NCBI RefSeq assembly: GCF_009914755.1
Contig: NC_060926.1
DNA length: 64,000 nucleotides
Direction: 5' to 3' (one strand)
Origin: the human T2T-CHM13v2.0 reference genome, Homo sapiens
The translations under genes and the position numbers were made by a program. Position 1 is the stretch's first letter. Each line of letters opens with the position of its first letter. The notes below the pieces were generated by a model. The model was not told where the DNA came from and made no database searches. It saw only the letters and a program-made list of their open reading frames with translations. Shown here one piece after another: positions 51,373-61,390 of this stretch.

Positions 51373-52114
51373 TTAAACCACCTTTGCAAAATTGTGACAG
51401 TAAGAAATATGACACATTGCTTGACATATGACAAGCAAGTTGACCCCATCTTGCTTCTGATCTCCAAGCTGTCCTTGGTCATTCCTGGGTGTAGGCCAAC
51501 CTAACTTTGGGAAGAATTTAGTTTATGGTTTAAACTTAAAACAAAGATGGTAACAGCCCCTCCCAAAACTAAAGCTCCCTTTGTAAAACTAACAAAAGGC
51601 TTCAAGGTTAAAATTACAAGAGGGGGCTGAATTCTGATAAGCATGGTTTGTATAATCCCTTACTGCTGAGGGGTCATGTGGCCAGAGGTCGCATGATTTA
51701 TGACTTCCCCCAGTTGCTCCTATAGATAACATCACTATTGTAGAACCTAAGAATGGTTTTCAAGATATCTTTCAGACTGACCCCACCTGGACTCATGACT
51801 TGTGACTCAACTGATCTGTGGCCCCACCCAGATGTGGACTCAGTGCCTGAAGACCATTTTCCACACCCCTGTGAGTTTATCCCCAACCAATCAGCAGCAC
51901 TCATTCCCTAGCCCCCTACCCACCAAATTGTCCACAAAACCCCTAACCTCTGAAACTTCAGAGAGACTGATTTGAGTTATAACTCCAGTTCTCTTGCATG
52001 GGCCAGTGGGCCAGACTCATATCAATTAAACTATTTCTCTAATGCAATGCCATGGTCTCAATGGATTGATTTTTGTCTGTGCAGCAAGCAGGAAGAGTCT
52101 GTTGGGTGACTATA
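51373..52114 (+). mobile_element. Solo LTR8-family ERV1 LTR (LTR8B-like)
   Basis: 'aaaccacctttgcaaaattgtgacagtaag...ccatcttgcttctgatctccaagctgtccttggtcattcctggg'; CCAAT box; ATTAAA; perfect 4-bp TSD AGGT at 51369-51372 and 52115-52118. Confidence 0.88.
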
Positions 52115-52320
52115 AGGTTACCAACATTTTTTTCCCCCTGGGGAAGGACCCTTTAGGAATGAAAAGAGAAAGAGGTCACAGACCCACTATTTTAAGTCCT
52201 TCCTCCCCAGTATGAAACCTACAGAAAAGCTGGAAGAATAATAAAATAAACTCACCTAGATTCACTATTGAGAATATCTTACATCATCTCCTCTCTCTGT
52301 AATATGTGTATATATTTATA

Positions 52321-52600
52321 TATCTCAGATTAGATTCCCCTAAAACAGATCCTGAGATGAGGATTTGGGTGAAAGTGATTTGTTAAAAATATGATCATAG
52401 AGGAAAAAGGAAAGAAAATTGTTAGGAGCAGGAGGAAGTTAAATAAGGGTGTGATTTCAGGTGAGTTGAGACTTGCCCTAATCCTATGTAGATTTCTGAT
52501 ACCACAATGGCAGAATGCTAGGAGAAAAAGCACAGAGGTGGTGAATAGACACACACAAATAGTAAAATGAATCTAAGAGGATATAAGCAGAGTATCAACA
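52321..52600 (-). mobile_element. LTR16-like ERVL LTR fragment
   Basis: 'gattcccctaaaacagatcctgagatgaggatttgggtgaaagtgatttg'. Confidence 0.6.
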
Positions 52601-52659
52601 ATGTCAAAAAAAAGTTTATGCGTGTGTGTGTTTGTGTTGACATATACTGCACATATACT

Positions 52660-53210
52660 TTTATATTTTGGTGAACCATTTGAAAGAAAGCTTTAGGCAT
52701 CCTTGACACTTTGCCACTAAATACTTCTGCTTTTACTGCGTCTCCTAAATAACCTGCATAACCATGATACCATGATCACATTCAAGAAATTTAACATTAT
52801 TATCTCATATTAATCTAATATATAAAGTCCATATTCAAATTATTCCAGTAATGCTTTTTTGAACTTTTTTTTGGATCCAAGATCTAATAAAAGATTGCAC
52901 ATTTCATTAAGTTGTCATATCTCTTTAGACCACTCTAACCTGCATTAGATTTGTTCTGTCAACGTTTTGTCTTTTATGAAATTAATAGTTTTGCAAAGTC
53001 CAGGCAAGTTGTTTTTTAGAAGGTTCCACAGTTTATATTTGTCTGATTGTTTGCTCACAATCAATGCAGGTTAAATAATTTTGGAACAGTACAAATAGGT
53101 GATATTTTGTTCTTCTCAGTGTATCATATCAGGAGATATATAATGCCAGTCACTCCACAGTTGGTGGTATTTAATTTTGTCAGATGGTTGAGATGTCTAC
53201 CAGATTATGA
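52660..53210 (-). mobile_element. L1MC-type 3' UTR fragment
   Basis: 'tgaaccatttgaaagaaag...taaatacttc...caagaaatttaacatt...tccatattcaaatt'. Confidence 0.75.
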
Positions 53211-53756
53211 CACTCTCAAAGTGTGATATAACTCAAGCTATTTTAGAATTTCTTCTCCATACCACAATTCTTTCCCACCTCTCTTACTGACAATGCCTTC
53301 ATCAATTTCTAATTCTCCAGATACATAGTTTTGAAGTCATCAAAAATAAGCAAAACCCCTTTAATCTAAGCCTACACACTCATAATCTGTTCTCTTGCTA
53401 ATCCTAAATTTCACTTTTGTATTATTTTTAGTGATATTCTTTTCTCTCAGTTATACAACCACAATACTAGTTTATTCCTTAAAGTTTTAGTCTATTAACT
53501 CCTGAAAAAATGTATAGGCCACACTCTTATCTTCCATCACCACACCACCTTCTACCTTTTTTGGTTCCATTCTATATGTATTCAATAATAAAGTTAATGT
53601 TTCGGAAAGATATTTAGCTGCTAATGTGGTAGCTGTAAGAACCTGATAGGTCATATTCTTTGTATTAAATGTAGTTGATACGAAAATTATCTTTCAAGTA
53701 AAACTAAACTTTAATTGTGAGATTTCATGCTATTCATCAGTTTCACCTACTATATC

Positions 53757-54356
53757 TGTTTTAGGGTTCTCTAGAGGGGCAGAACTAATAGGATATGTAA
53801 TATATATATAATATATAAAAATATATATATATAAATATATAGTATATATAATATATATATTATATATATATAATATATATATATTATATATATATAATAT
53901 ATATATTATATATATAATATATATATATTATATATATATAATATATATATATAATATATATATATAATATATATAAAGGGGAGTTTATTAAGTATAAACT
54001 TACACAATCACAAGGTCCCAAAATAGGCTGTCTGCAAGCTGAGAAGGAAGGAGAGCCAATCTGAGTCCAAAAACTGAAGAACTTGGACCAATGTTCAAGG
54101 GCAGGAAGCATCCAGCATGGGAGAAAGATATAGGCTGGGAGGCTAGTCTAGTCTCGCCCTTTCACATTTTTCTGCCTGTTTTATATTCGCTGGAAGCTGA
54201 TTAGATGGTGCCCATCAGATTAAGGATGGGTCTGCCTTTCCCAGCCCACTGACTTGAATGTTAATCTCCTTTGGCAACACCCTCACAGACACACTGTGGA
54301 TTAATACTTTTTATCCTTCAATCCAGTCAGGTTGACACTCAGTATTAAGCATCACA
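53757..54356 (-). mobile_element. 3' LTR (MLT2A1) of HERV-L
   Basis: Preceded on the minus strand by the polypurine tract 'gacaaggggtagatt'; AATAAA on the minus strand near 53983-53988. Confidence 0.95.
53799..53975. repeat. Expanded, interrupted (TA)n tract inside the 3' LTR
   Basis: About 175 bp that is almost entirely A/T. Confidence 0.97.
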
Positions 54357-54834
54357 AATCTACCCCTTGTCAATTTGAACCCATACATACCTCCTGAGGT
54401 CATATATAATCTTTAAATACAGACAATAAAAAGATCATAATTATGCCTAACATAATACAACTGTCCTTCATCCAACCAAAAATGCACCAATCCCCAACCC
54501 AAAATACGATTACACAAAATTAACAATACTTAAATGCTGATATGAAGTCAATAAATCTTATGTCACATGATAAAGGACAAAGAAAGAAAATAAAGATATT
54601 TTCTTAGTACAAGTGTATAAATGCACAAACATATTTTTAACAAAAGAAGGGAGGAAATACTCATGATAGTCACAGTCTTCGTTTCTGCAGCTGGTCACAT
54701 GGTCGTAGCTGGTACTGATGACTACCTGCTTCTACTACACATTCTGTATTCCCTTTGCCTTCAGGAAGCACCTCAGCAGGTCGTGGGTTTTTTTCCTGGT
54801 GGGGTGACCCAAGCCTTCGTTCCTGAAGGATCTG

Positions 54835-55240
54835 GGTCATTTGTACTCCTGCCTAGATTGGGTTGTTGTAGTTTTCCATTGACCTTAATCACAAGGCACG
54901 GTAATACTAAGAGAGCCCTAATGGATCTTCTGTGTTCCATACACACTCTTCCTTACCTCCATTATGGAGTAGAAGACTGATTTCATCTTGATAGTCTGGG
55001 TCAGTCACCCCAGCCAACACTGTGACTCCCTTCTTAGCCTGTTGACTTAAAGGTAGGAGGAGCCCAAAGTGTCCACGTGGCAGTCTTAACTTCCAGTTTA
55101 CTGGAATTGTTGTTTTTGTGTTTCCTTGTGGCAGTGTTCCTCCCTCTGGAACTAAAACCACTAGGCCAGTAGAATGTAATGTCAGAGGAAGCAAAAATTT
55201 TCCTAGTGGATCACTAGGGGTGATGGTGAGTGGTGCCACT
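54835..55240 (-). pseudogene. HERV-L dUTPase region, copy A
   Basis: ORF 54907-55239 'TTIPVNWKLRLPRGHFGLLLPLSQQAKKGVTVLAGVTDPDYQDEISLLLHN' (dUTPase motifs 2-3). Confidence 0.92.
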
Positions 55241-55643
55241 GGTCATTTGTACTCCTACCTAGATTGGGCTGTTGTAGTTTTCCATTGACCTTCATCACAA
55301 GGCATGGTAATACTAAGAGATGCCATAATGGATCTTCTGTATTCCATGCATACTTTTCCTTATCTCCATTATGGAGTAGTAGACTAATTTCATCTTGATA
55401 GTCTGTGTCAGTCACCCCGGCAACACTGTAACTCCCTTCTTAGCCTGTTGACTTAAAGGTAGGAGGAGCCCAAAGTGTTCAGGTGGCAATCTTAACTTCC
55501 ATTTTACTGGAATCATTGTTGTGTTTCCTTGTGGCAGTGTTCCCCCCTCTGGAACTAAGACCTCTAGGCCAGTAGAACATAATGTCAGAGGAGGCAAAAA
55601 TTTTCCTAGTAGATCACTAGGGGTGATGGTGAGTGGTGCCACT
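55241..55643 (-). pseudogene. HERV-L dUTPase region, copy B (frameshifted)
   Basis: ORF 55412-55804 'WKLRLPPEHFGLLLPLSQQAKKGVTVLPG' and ORF 55203-55415 'TDTDYQDEISLLLHN'. Confidence 0.92.
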
Positions 55644-56300
55644 TCCACACTTTGATTCCTGGACCTGTGAATCCTGGCTATGGGAGAAACATATGGATGC
55701 CGATTCAGAGCATACACAGCCTTCTGGAGAACCTTGCCCCAGCCCTGCAAAGTATTATCACCTAGTTGGCGTTGTAATTGTGACTTCAAAAGACCCTTCC
55801 ACATGCTTCAGGATGATGGGGAACATGGTAAGACCAGTGAATTCCATGAGCACAAGCCTATGGCTGCACTTCTTTAGCTGTAAAGTGAGTGCCTTGGTCA
55901 GAGGCAATGCTGCGTGGAATACCATGACTCACAGAAGGCAGTCTTGGTAGAAGCACTGTGTGCAGGATAGGCAAACCCATATCCAGCGTAAGTGTCTATT
56001 CCAGTGAGGACAAACCTCTGCCTTTTCCATGATGGAAGAGGTCCAATATAATCAACCGGCCACCAGGTAGCTGGCTGATCACTCCGAGGAATGGTGCCAT
56101 ATTGAGGGGAGGGCTCAGTGTTGGTCTCTTCTGCTGGCAAATTGGGCACTCGGCAATTGCCATACCCAGGTCAGCCTTGATGAGTAAAAGTCCATGTTGC
56201 TGGGCCCATGTGTAACTTCCATCCCTGCCACCATGGCCACTTTGTTCATGGGCCCATTGGGTGATGACAGGGGTGGCTGGGGAAAGAGGCTGAGTAGTGT
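55644..56300 (-). pseudogene. HERV-L integrase remnant
   Basis: HHCC zinc finger 'AHEQSGHGG...ECPIC'; core 'WPVDYIGPLP', 'LTGIDTYAGY'; 'LQKAVYALN'. Confidence 0.92.
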
Positions 56301-56720
56301 CCACAGAATGGGTCATCCTATCAATAACTTCAGTTTTTGACCACTCAGAAAGGTCCACCCACGTATCTCTTCCTCAGATATCTTTGTCACCAATTTTCCA
56401 ATTATGCTTCTTCCAAGTCCCTGACCATCCAGCCAAACCATCGGCTACAGCCCATGAATCTGTAAATAATTGCACATCTGGCCATTTCTCTTTCCATGCA
56501 AAGTGCACAACCAGGTGCACTGCTTGAAATTCTGCCCACTGGGAAGATTTCCCTTCAATGCTGTCCTTCAGGGATGCCCTAGAAAGGGGGTGTAGTGCTA
56601 CATCTGTCCATTTTCAGGTGGTGCCTGCATATTGCGCAGAACCATCTATGAAACAGGCCTTAGTCTTCTCTTCTTCTGTAAACTGATCATAGGGAACTCT
56701 CCATGAGGGCATCAGTGCAG
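56300..56720 (-). pseudogene. HERV-L RNase H remnant
   Basis: Minus strand reads 'FIDGSAQYAG' (about 56622-56654) and 'TDSWAVADGLAGWSGTW'. Confidence 0.8.
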
Positions 56721-56899
56721 GCTGGGGGAGAGAAGGCAGGTGGCAGGAGTAGAGACCATAGGCATGCCACTTTCTCATGTAACTTACTTATGCCTTCAGG
56801 ACCTGCTAGAGCCCAACCACGTATATACTACGTTCATTTGATGATGGAATGGTGCTGTGCATGACCCACTTTACGGCTAGATAGGTCAGAAAGCACCCA

Positions 56900-58050
56900 G
56901 TTTATGATAGGCAGTTCAGGTCACATGGTGGCTTGATGACCCATAGTCAAATGTTCAGTTTCCACCAAAGCCCAGTAACGGGCCAAGAGCTGTCTCTGAA
57001 GAGGAAAATAGTTATCTGCAGAAGATGGCAGGGCCTTGCTCCAAAATCCTAGAATCCTGTTCTGTGATTCACCTATGGGGTCCTGCCAAAGGCTTCAAAC
57101 AGCATCTGTATCTGCCAATGACACCTCAAGCACCATTGGATCTGCTGAGTCTTATGGCCCAAGTGGCAGAGCAGCTTGCACAGCAGCCTGGACCTGTTGC
57201 AGAGCCTTCTTCTGTTCTGGACCCTACTCAAAACTGGCAGCCTTTCAGGTCACTCAACAAATGGGCCACAGTAACAGACCCAAATGAGGAATGTGTTGCC
57301 TCCAAAATCCAAATAGGCCCACTAGGCATTGTGCCTCTTTCTTGGTTGTAGGAGGGGCCAAATGCAGCAACTTATCCTTCACCTTAGAAGGAATGTCTTG
57401 ACAGGCTCTACACCACTGGACCCCTAGAAATTTTACTGAGGTAGAAGGTCCCTGAATTTTAGTTGGATTTATTTTCCATCTTCTGGCATGCAAGTGTCTC
57501 ACTACTAAGTCCAGTGTGTTTGCTGCTTCTTGCTCACAGGACCCAATCAGCATAATGTCATCAGTGTAATGGACCAGTGTGATATCTTGCGAAAGTAAAA
57601 AGCGATCAAGGTCTGTCCAAATAAGATTATGACACAAAGCCAGAGAGTTGATATACCCCTGAGGTAGGACAGTAAAGGTATATTTCTGGCCTTGCCAGCT
57701 GAAGGCAAATTGCTTCTGGTGGGCCTTATGGACAGGAATGGAGAAAAAGGCACTTGCCAAGTCAATCGTTATACCACGTACCAGGAGATGTGTTAACTTG
57801 CTCAAGCAATGAAACGACATCTGGTACAGCAACTGAAGTTGGAGTCACCACTTGGTTAAGCTTACAAAAATCCACTGTTATTCTCCAAGATCCATCTGTC
57901 TTTTGCACAGGCCAAATGGGAGAGTTGAATGGGAATGTGGTGGGAATCTCCAACCCTGTGTCTTTCAAGTCCGTGATGGTGGCACTAATCTCTGCAATTC
58001 CTCCAGGGATGTGATATGGTTTTCGATTTACCATTTTTCTAGGTAGAGGC
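56900..58050 (-). pseudogene. HERV-L reverse transcriptase remnant
   Basis: '[26 protein letters not shown]', '[11 protein letters not shown]', 'LPQGYINS', 'HYTDDIML', 'VKFLG'; frameshift near 57765. Confidence 0.95.
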
Positions 58051-58400
58051 AGCTCTAATGGCTTCCATTTGGCCTTTCCCACTATAATAGCCCTCATCCT
58101 ACCAGTCAGGGAGCCAATGTGGGGGTTCTGCCAGCTGCTAAGTATGTCTATGCCAATTATGCATTCTTGCACTGGGGAAATGACCACAGAATGAGTCTGG
58201 GGACTGACTGGACCCACTGTAAGTCAGACCTGAGCTAAAACTCCATTAATTACCTGACCTCCATGAGCCCCTACCTTGACTGGAGGACCACAGTGACACA
58301 TTGGGTCCTCTGGAATCATTATCAGCTCAGAGCCAGTGTCCTGTAGTCCCTGAAATGTCTAATCATTTCCCTTTCCCCAATGCACAGTTACCCTGGTGAA
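58050..58400 (-). pseudogene. HERV-L protease remnant
   Basis: Minus strand 'TFQGLQDTGSEL' (aspartic DTG motif) and 'CIIGIDIL'. Confidence 0.85.
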
Positions 58401-60210
58401 AGGCTGGATGTCTCCTTGGGGAAGGATGGGAGAACGATTCACTGCATAAATTGTCAGTGGTGTAGTGGGGTCCTTCCTCAAGAGGACTCAGCCTCCTCTT
58501 CATTCAAGGGGTTCTAGGTCTGTAAACTGGCTCAAGTCTGGAAATTGATTGAGGGGGATTATCTGTTTTTATAATTCAAATTAGTCTTTTGTCCATTCGA
58601 CTTAGAAGTTTCCTGCTTGTATAAATTAAATAGGAATGCAATAGGCTTCCTGTCAATTTCATTTCTAGGAACACCATAATTAATTAGCCAATGCCAGAGC
58701 TATATATGAGTCAAACTATTCTGATTGCCGCTTTGCCTCTGCTGTCCATTACGGTAGCTACACCCCCCTTGCCTTTGACGGTTGAGTGCCGCCACTTGGT
58801 TTGGGATCCAATTATTCCCATTGTATTTAAATTTTGTAGTTGAGTGACTGCAGTTCCCACCATTAGATCTGACATACAGAAAATAGCAATTACAGGGTTC
58901 TTCAAAGATGCAGGTGCTACCCTCACAAATCTATTTCACAAGGCATTGGTCAAGATTATATTTCTGGACCCTCTCAGCTGGGATGAGTAGGTCTAAAGTG
59001 ACTAATTCACTATACCATCCTAATCTCCCTAAGCCTTTGCATCCCTTCCACTACATTAAATCAAGGAGACCAGGCATTTCCAGCTTGCTCACAGTGAACC
59101 ATCTTTAAATCCATCTTTCAGCTAACCAAGCAAATAAACTATTAAAACCTTTTTTAACTCCTTGAGCTGCAACATTAAAAGCAGAGTCCCACTTAGTGGG
59201 CACGAATCAATAAATTCAGCCTGATCCAACTGTATGTTCCTTCCACCATTACCCTATACCCTTAATATCCATTCCCATCCCTGTCCTTCAGATTTCTGTT
59301 TATATAAATTAGAGAATTCAAACAGTTCTTTTCAAGTGTAACACATCTCCTCATGGGTCACACCCTCAACCTCATCTCCAGGGGCCCACTGGGACTTTAG
59401 TCTAGTTATAGATCTAGAAGCAAACAGGAATGTTGAGGGTGACTCCTGAAGAGAATCAACATTATTTGCCTGGCAACTGCCTCAGGGGAGGCCATCATTG
59501 TTGCCTCTGACAGTGCAGGGTTTATCTCCTCAGACAAAGTGGAAAGACTAATGGCAGCATGGGTTGCGGAGGGGATGTTGCCACTACTGGGGACAGGGAA
59601 ACTCTCCTGCTGGCAAAAAAGGTTCATCAGAGTTTACAAACTCAGTGTCCCCAGCTTCATCAGCGTCCTCCCGCATGTCCCCATTCCAAGTTTCAGGGTC
59701 CCATTCTTTTCCAATCAGTGCTTTCAATTTAACAGTAGACACCTGGCGAGGCTGTACATGCATTTTTCATTACAGGTCAGCCGCTCTTATGATAAGAGCT
59801 TGTGTCTGTTTTTCCACAATTTCAGCTCTTTCTCTACAGGAGTTAAGACTCTCACTTGGGGCAGTCTTAGCATATTTGAAGCTGAAGCTGGGAGACAGAA
59901 TCCCTGAATTCATCATTCTCTTCATCACTTTGTCCACTGAAATTACGAGCAACCAACCAGCTTCATTATGTTTCTTGGTTCTCCAAATATGTTCAAAGGT
60001 ATTATGTATAGAGTCACTAAACTCCTTGCCTCTCATAAGCGGTGAATCAGGAGTGTCAAATTTACTTATTTTGCATAACTCTCTGAACAGTTCACACCAA
60101 GGACTATTAGAGTTCCCCATACTATTATAAGTAGAGTCCTTAGCATTTTTGGGTCTAATCATATTAAGCAGCCAACTCCAGAAACCCCAAAACCAACAAA
60201 ATAACTCCAT
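58400..60210 (-). pseudogene. HERV-L gag remnant
   Basis: 'WLLNMIRPKNAKDST...SPWCELFRELCKI'; lies between the primer binding site and protease; multiple stops and frameshifts. Confidence 0.85.
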
Positions 60211-60234
60211 CCTTAATATTCTGTTCCTCTAGAT

Positions 60235-60249
60235 CCACTCCTGGTACCA
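60235..60249 (-). other. Primer binding site (tRNA-Leu type)
   Basis: Minus strand TGGTACCAGGAGTGG begins 5 nt downstream of the 5' LTR and is complementary to a tRNA-Leu 3' end. Confidence 0.88.
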
Positions 60250-60254
60250 AAATC

Positions 60255-60359
60255 TGTATTAGTCAGGGTTCTCTAGAGGGACATATATAGCCTATTAGTT
60301 CTGTCCCTCTAGATATCGTAACCATGTAAGTTAATACTTAATAAACTTCCATATATATA

Positions 60360-60391
<32 letters not shown>

Positions 60392-60750
60392 CACATATAT
60401 ACATATATATATGTGTACAAGGTCCCACAATAGGCTCTCTGCAAACTGAGGAGCAAGGAGAGCCAGTCTGAGTCCCAGAACTGAAGAACTTGGAGTCCGA
60501 TGTTTGAGGGCAGGAAGCATCCAGCATGGGAGAAAGATGTAGACTGGAAGGCTAGGCAGTCTCTCCTTTTCATGTTTTTCTGCCTGCTTTCATTCACTGG
60601 ATGCTGATAAGATGGTGCCCACCAGATTACCGGTGGGTCTGCCTTCCCCAGCCCACTGACTCAAATGTTAATTTAATTTGGCAACACCCTCACAGACACA
60701 CTTTGTATCCTTCAATCCAGTCAAGTTGACACTCAGTATTAACCATCACA
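60255..60750 (-). mobile_element. 5' LTR (MLT2A1) of HERV-L, with internal inverted segments
   Basis: TG...CA termini, homology to the left LTR, adjacent to the primer binding site. Confidence 0.95.
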
Positions 60751-60904
60751 ATATCCAACTAAAATTTTAGTTTACTTCTGATCCAAAAAGAGAAAACTAT
60801 CTCCTATTGTTTTAGATCTTAATTGGTGCTCTCCTATTTAATTTTAACTTTTTTTCTATCCCAAGGAATTTTTGCATTTTTAATCTGTAATTGTCCTTAA
60901 ACTC

Positions 60905-61390
60905 TGTGTTAGTTTGCAAGAGCAGCTTTAATGAAGTACCACAGACTGAGTGGCTTCAACAATAGCAATTGGTAATCTCATAGTTCTAGAGGCCAGAGTC
61001 CAAGATCAAGGTGTCAGCTGGGTTAATTCTTTCTGAGGCTATGTGGAAGAATCTTCTCTATGTTTCTCCCATAGCCTCTGGTGATTTGCTGCTAATCTTT
61101 GGCATTCCTTAGCTTATAGAAGCATTACCCTTTACCTCTCTTAAGCTCCACCTAGCATCCTTCCTGTGCATGCCTCTTTCCAAATTTCCCCTTTGGGACA
61201 ATTTCCCCTTTGGTTCCCCTTATGGACACCAGTCCACATTGGATTAAGGGCTCACCCTAGTCCAGTGTGACGTCATCTTAAGGAATTACATTCAATAACC
61301 CCATTTCCATGTAAGGTCACATTTTGACATACTGGAGGTTGGAGTTTAACACATAAACTTTGAGGGAAAGACACAATTCAGTTCATAACA
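60905..61390 (-). mobile_element. Solo MLT1C LTR (MaLR)
   Basis: 'aagtaccacagactgagtggcttcaacaa...agtccaagatcaaggtgtcagc...acacaattcagttcataaca'; TSD aactc/aacac. Confidence 0.88.

Larger units (their letters stand above)
53757..60750 (-). mobile_element. Two-LTR HERV-L provirus (MLT2A1-type LTRs; gag-pro-pol-dUTPase, no env), coding-defective
   Basis: Paired LTRs, primer binding site, polypurine tract, ordered retroviral domains; perfect TSD ATATC at 53752-53756 and 60751-60755. Confidence 0.97.

Noticed and set aside
54907-60210. Functional HERV-L gag/pol/dUTPase
   Set aside because: Multiple frameshifts, stops and deletions in RT, RNase H and integrase; the longest fragment is 192 aa.
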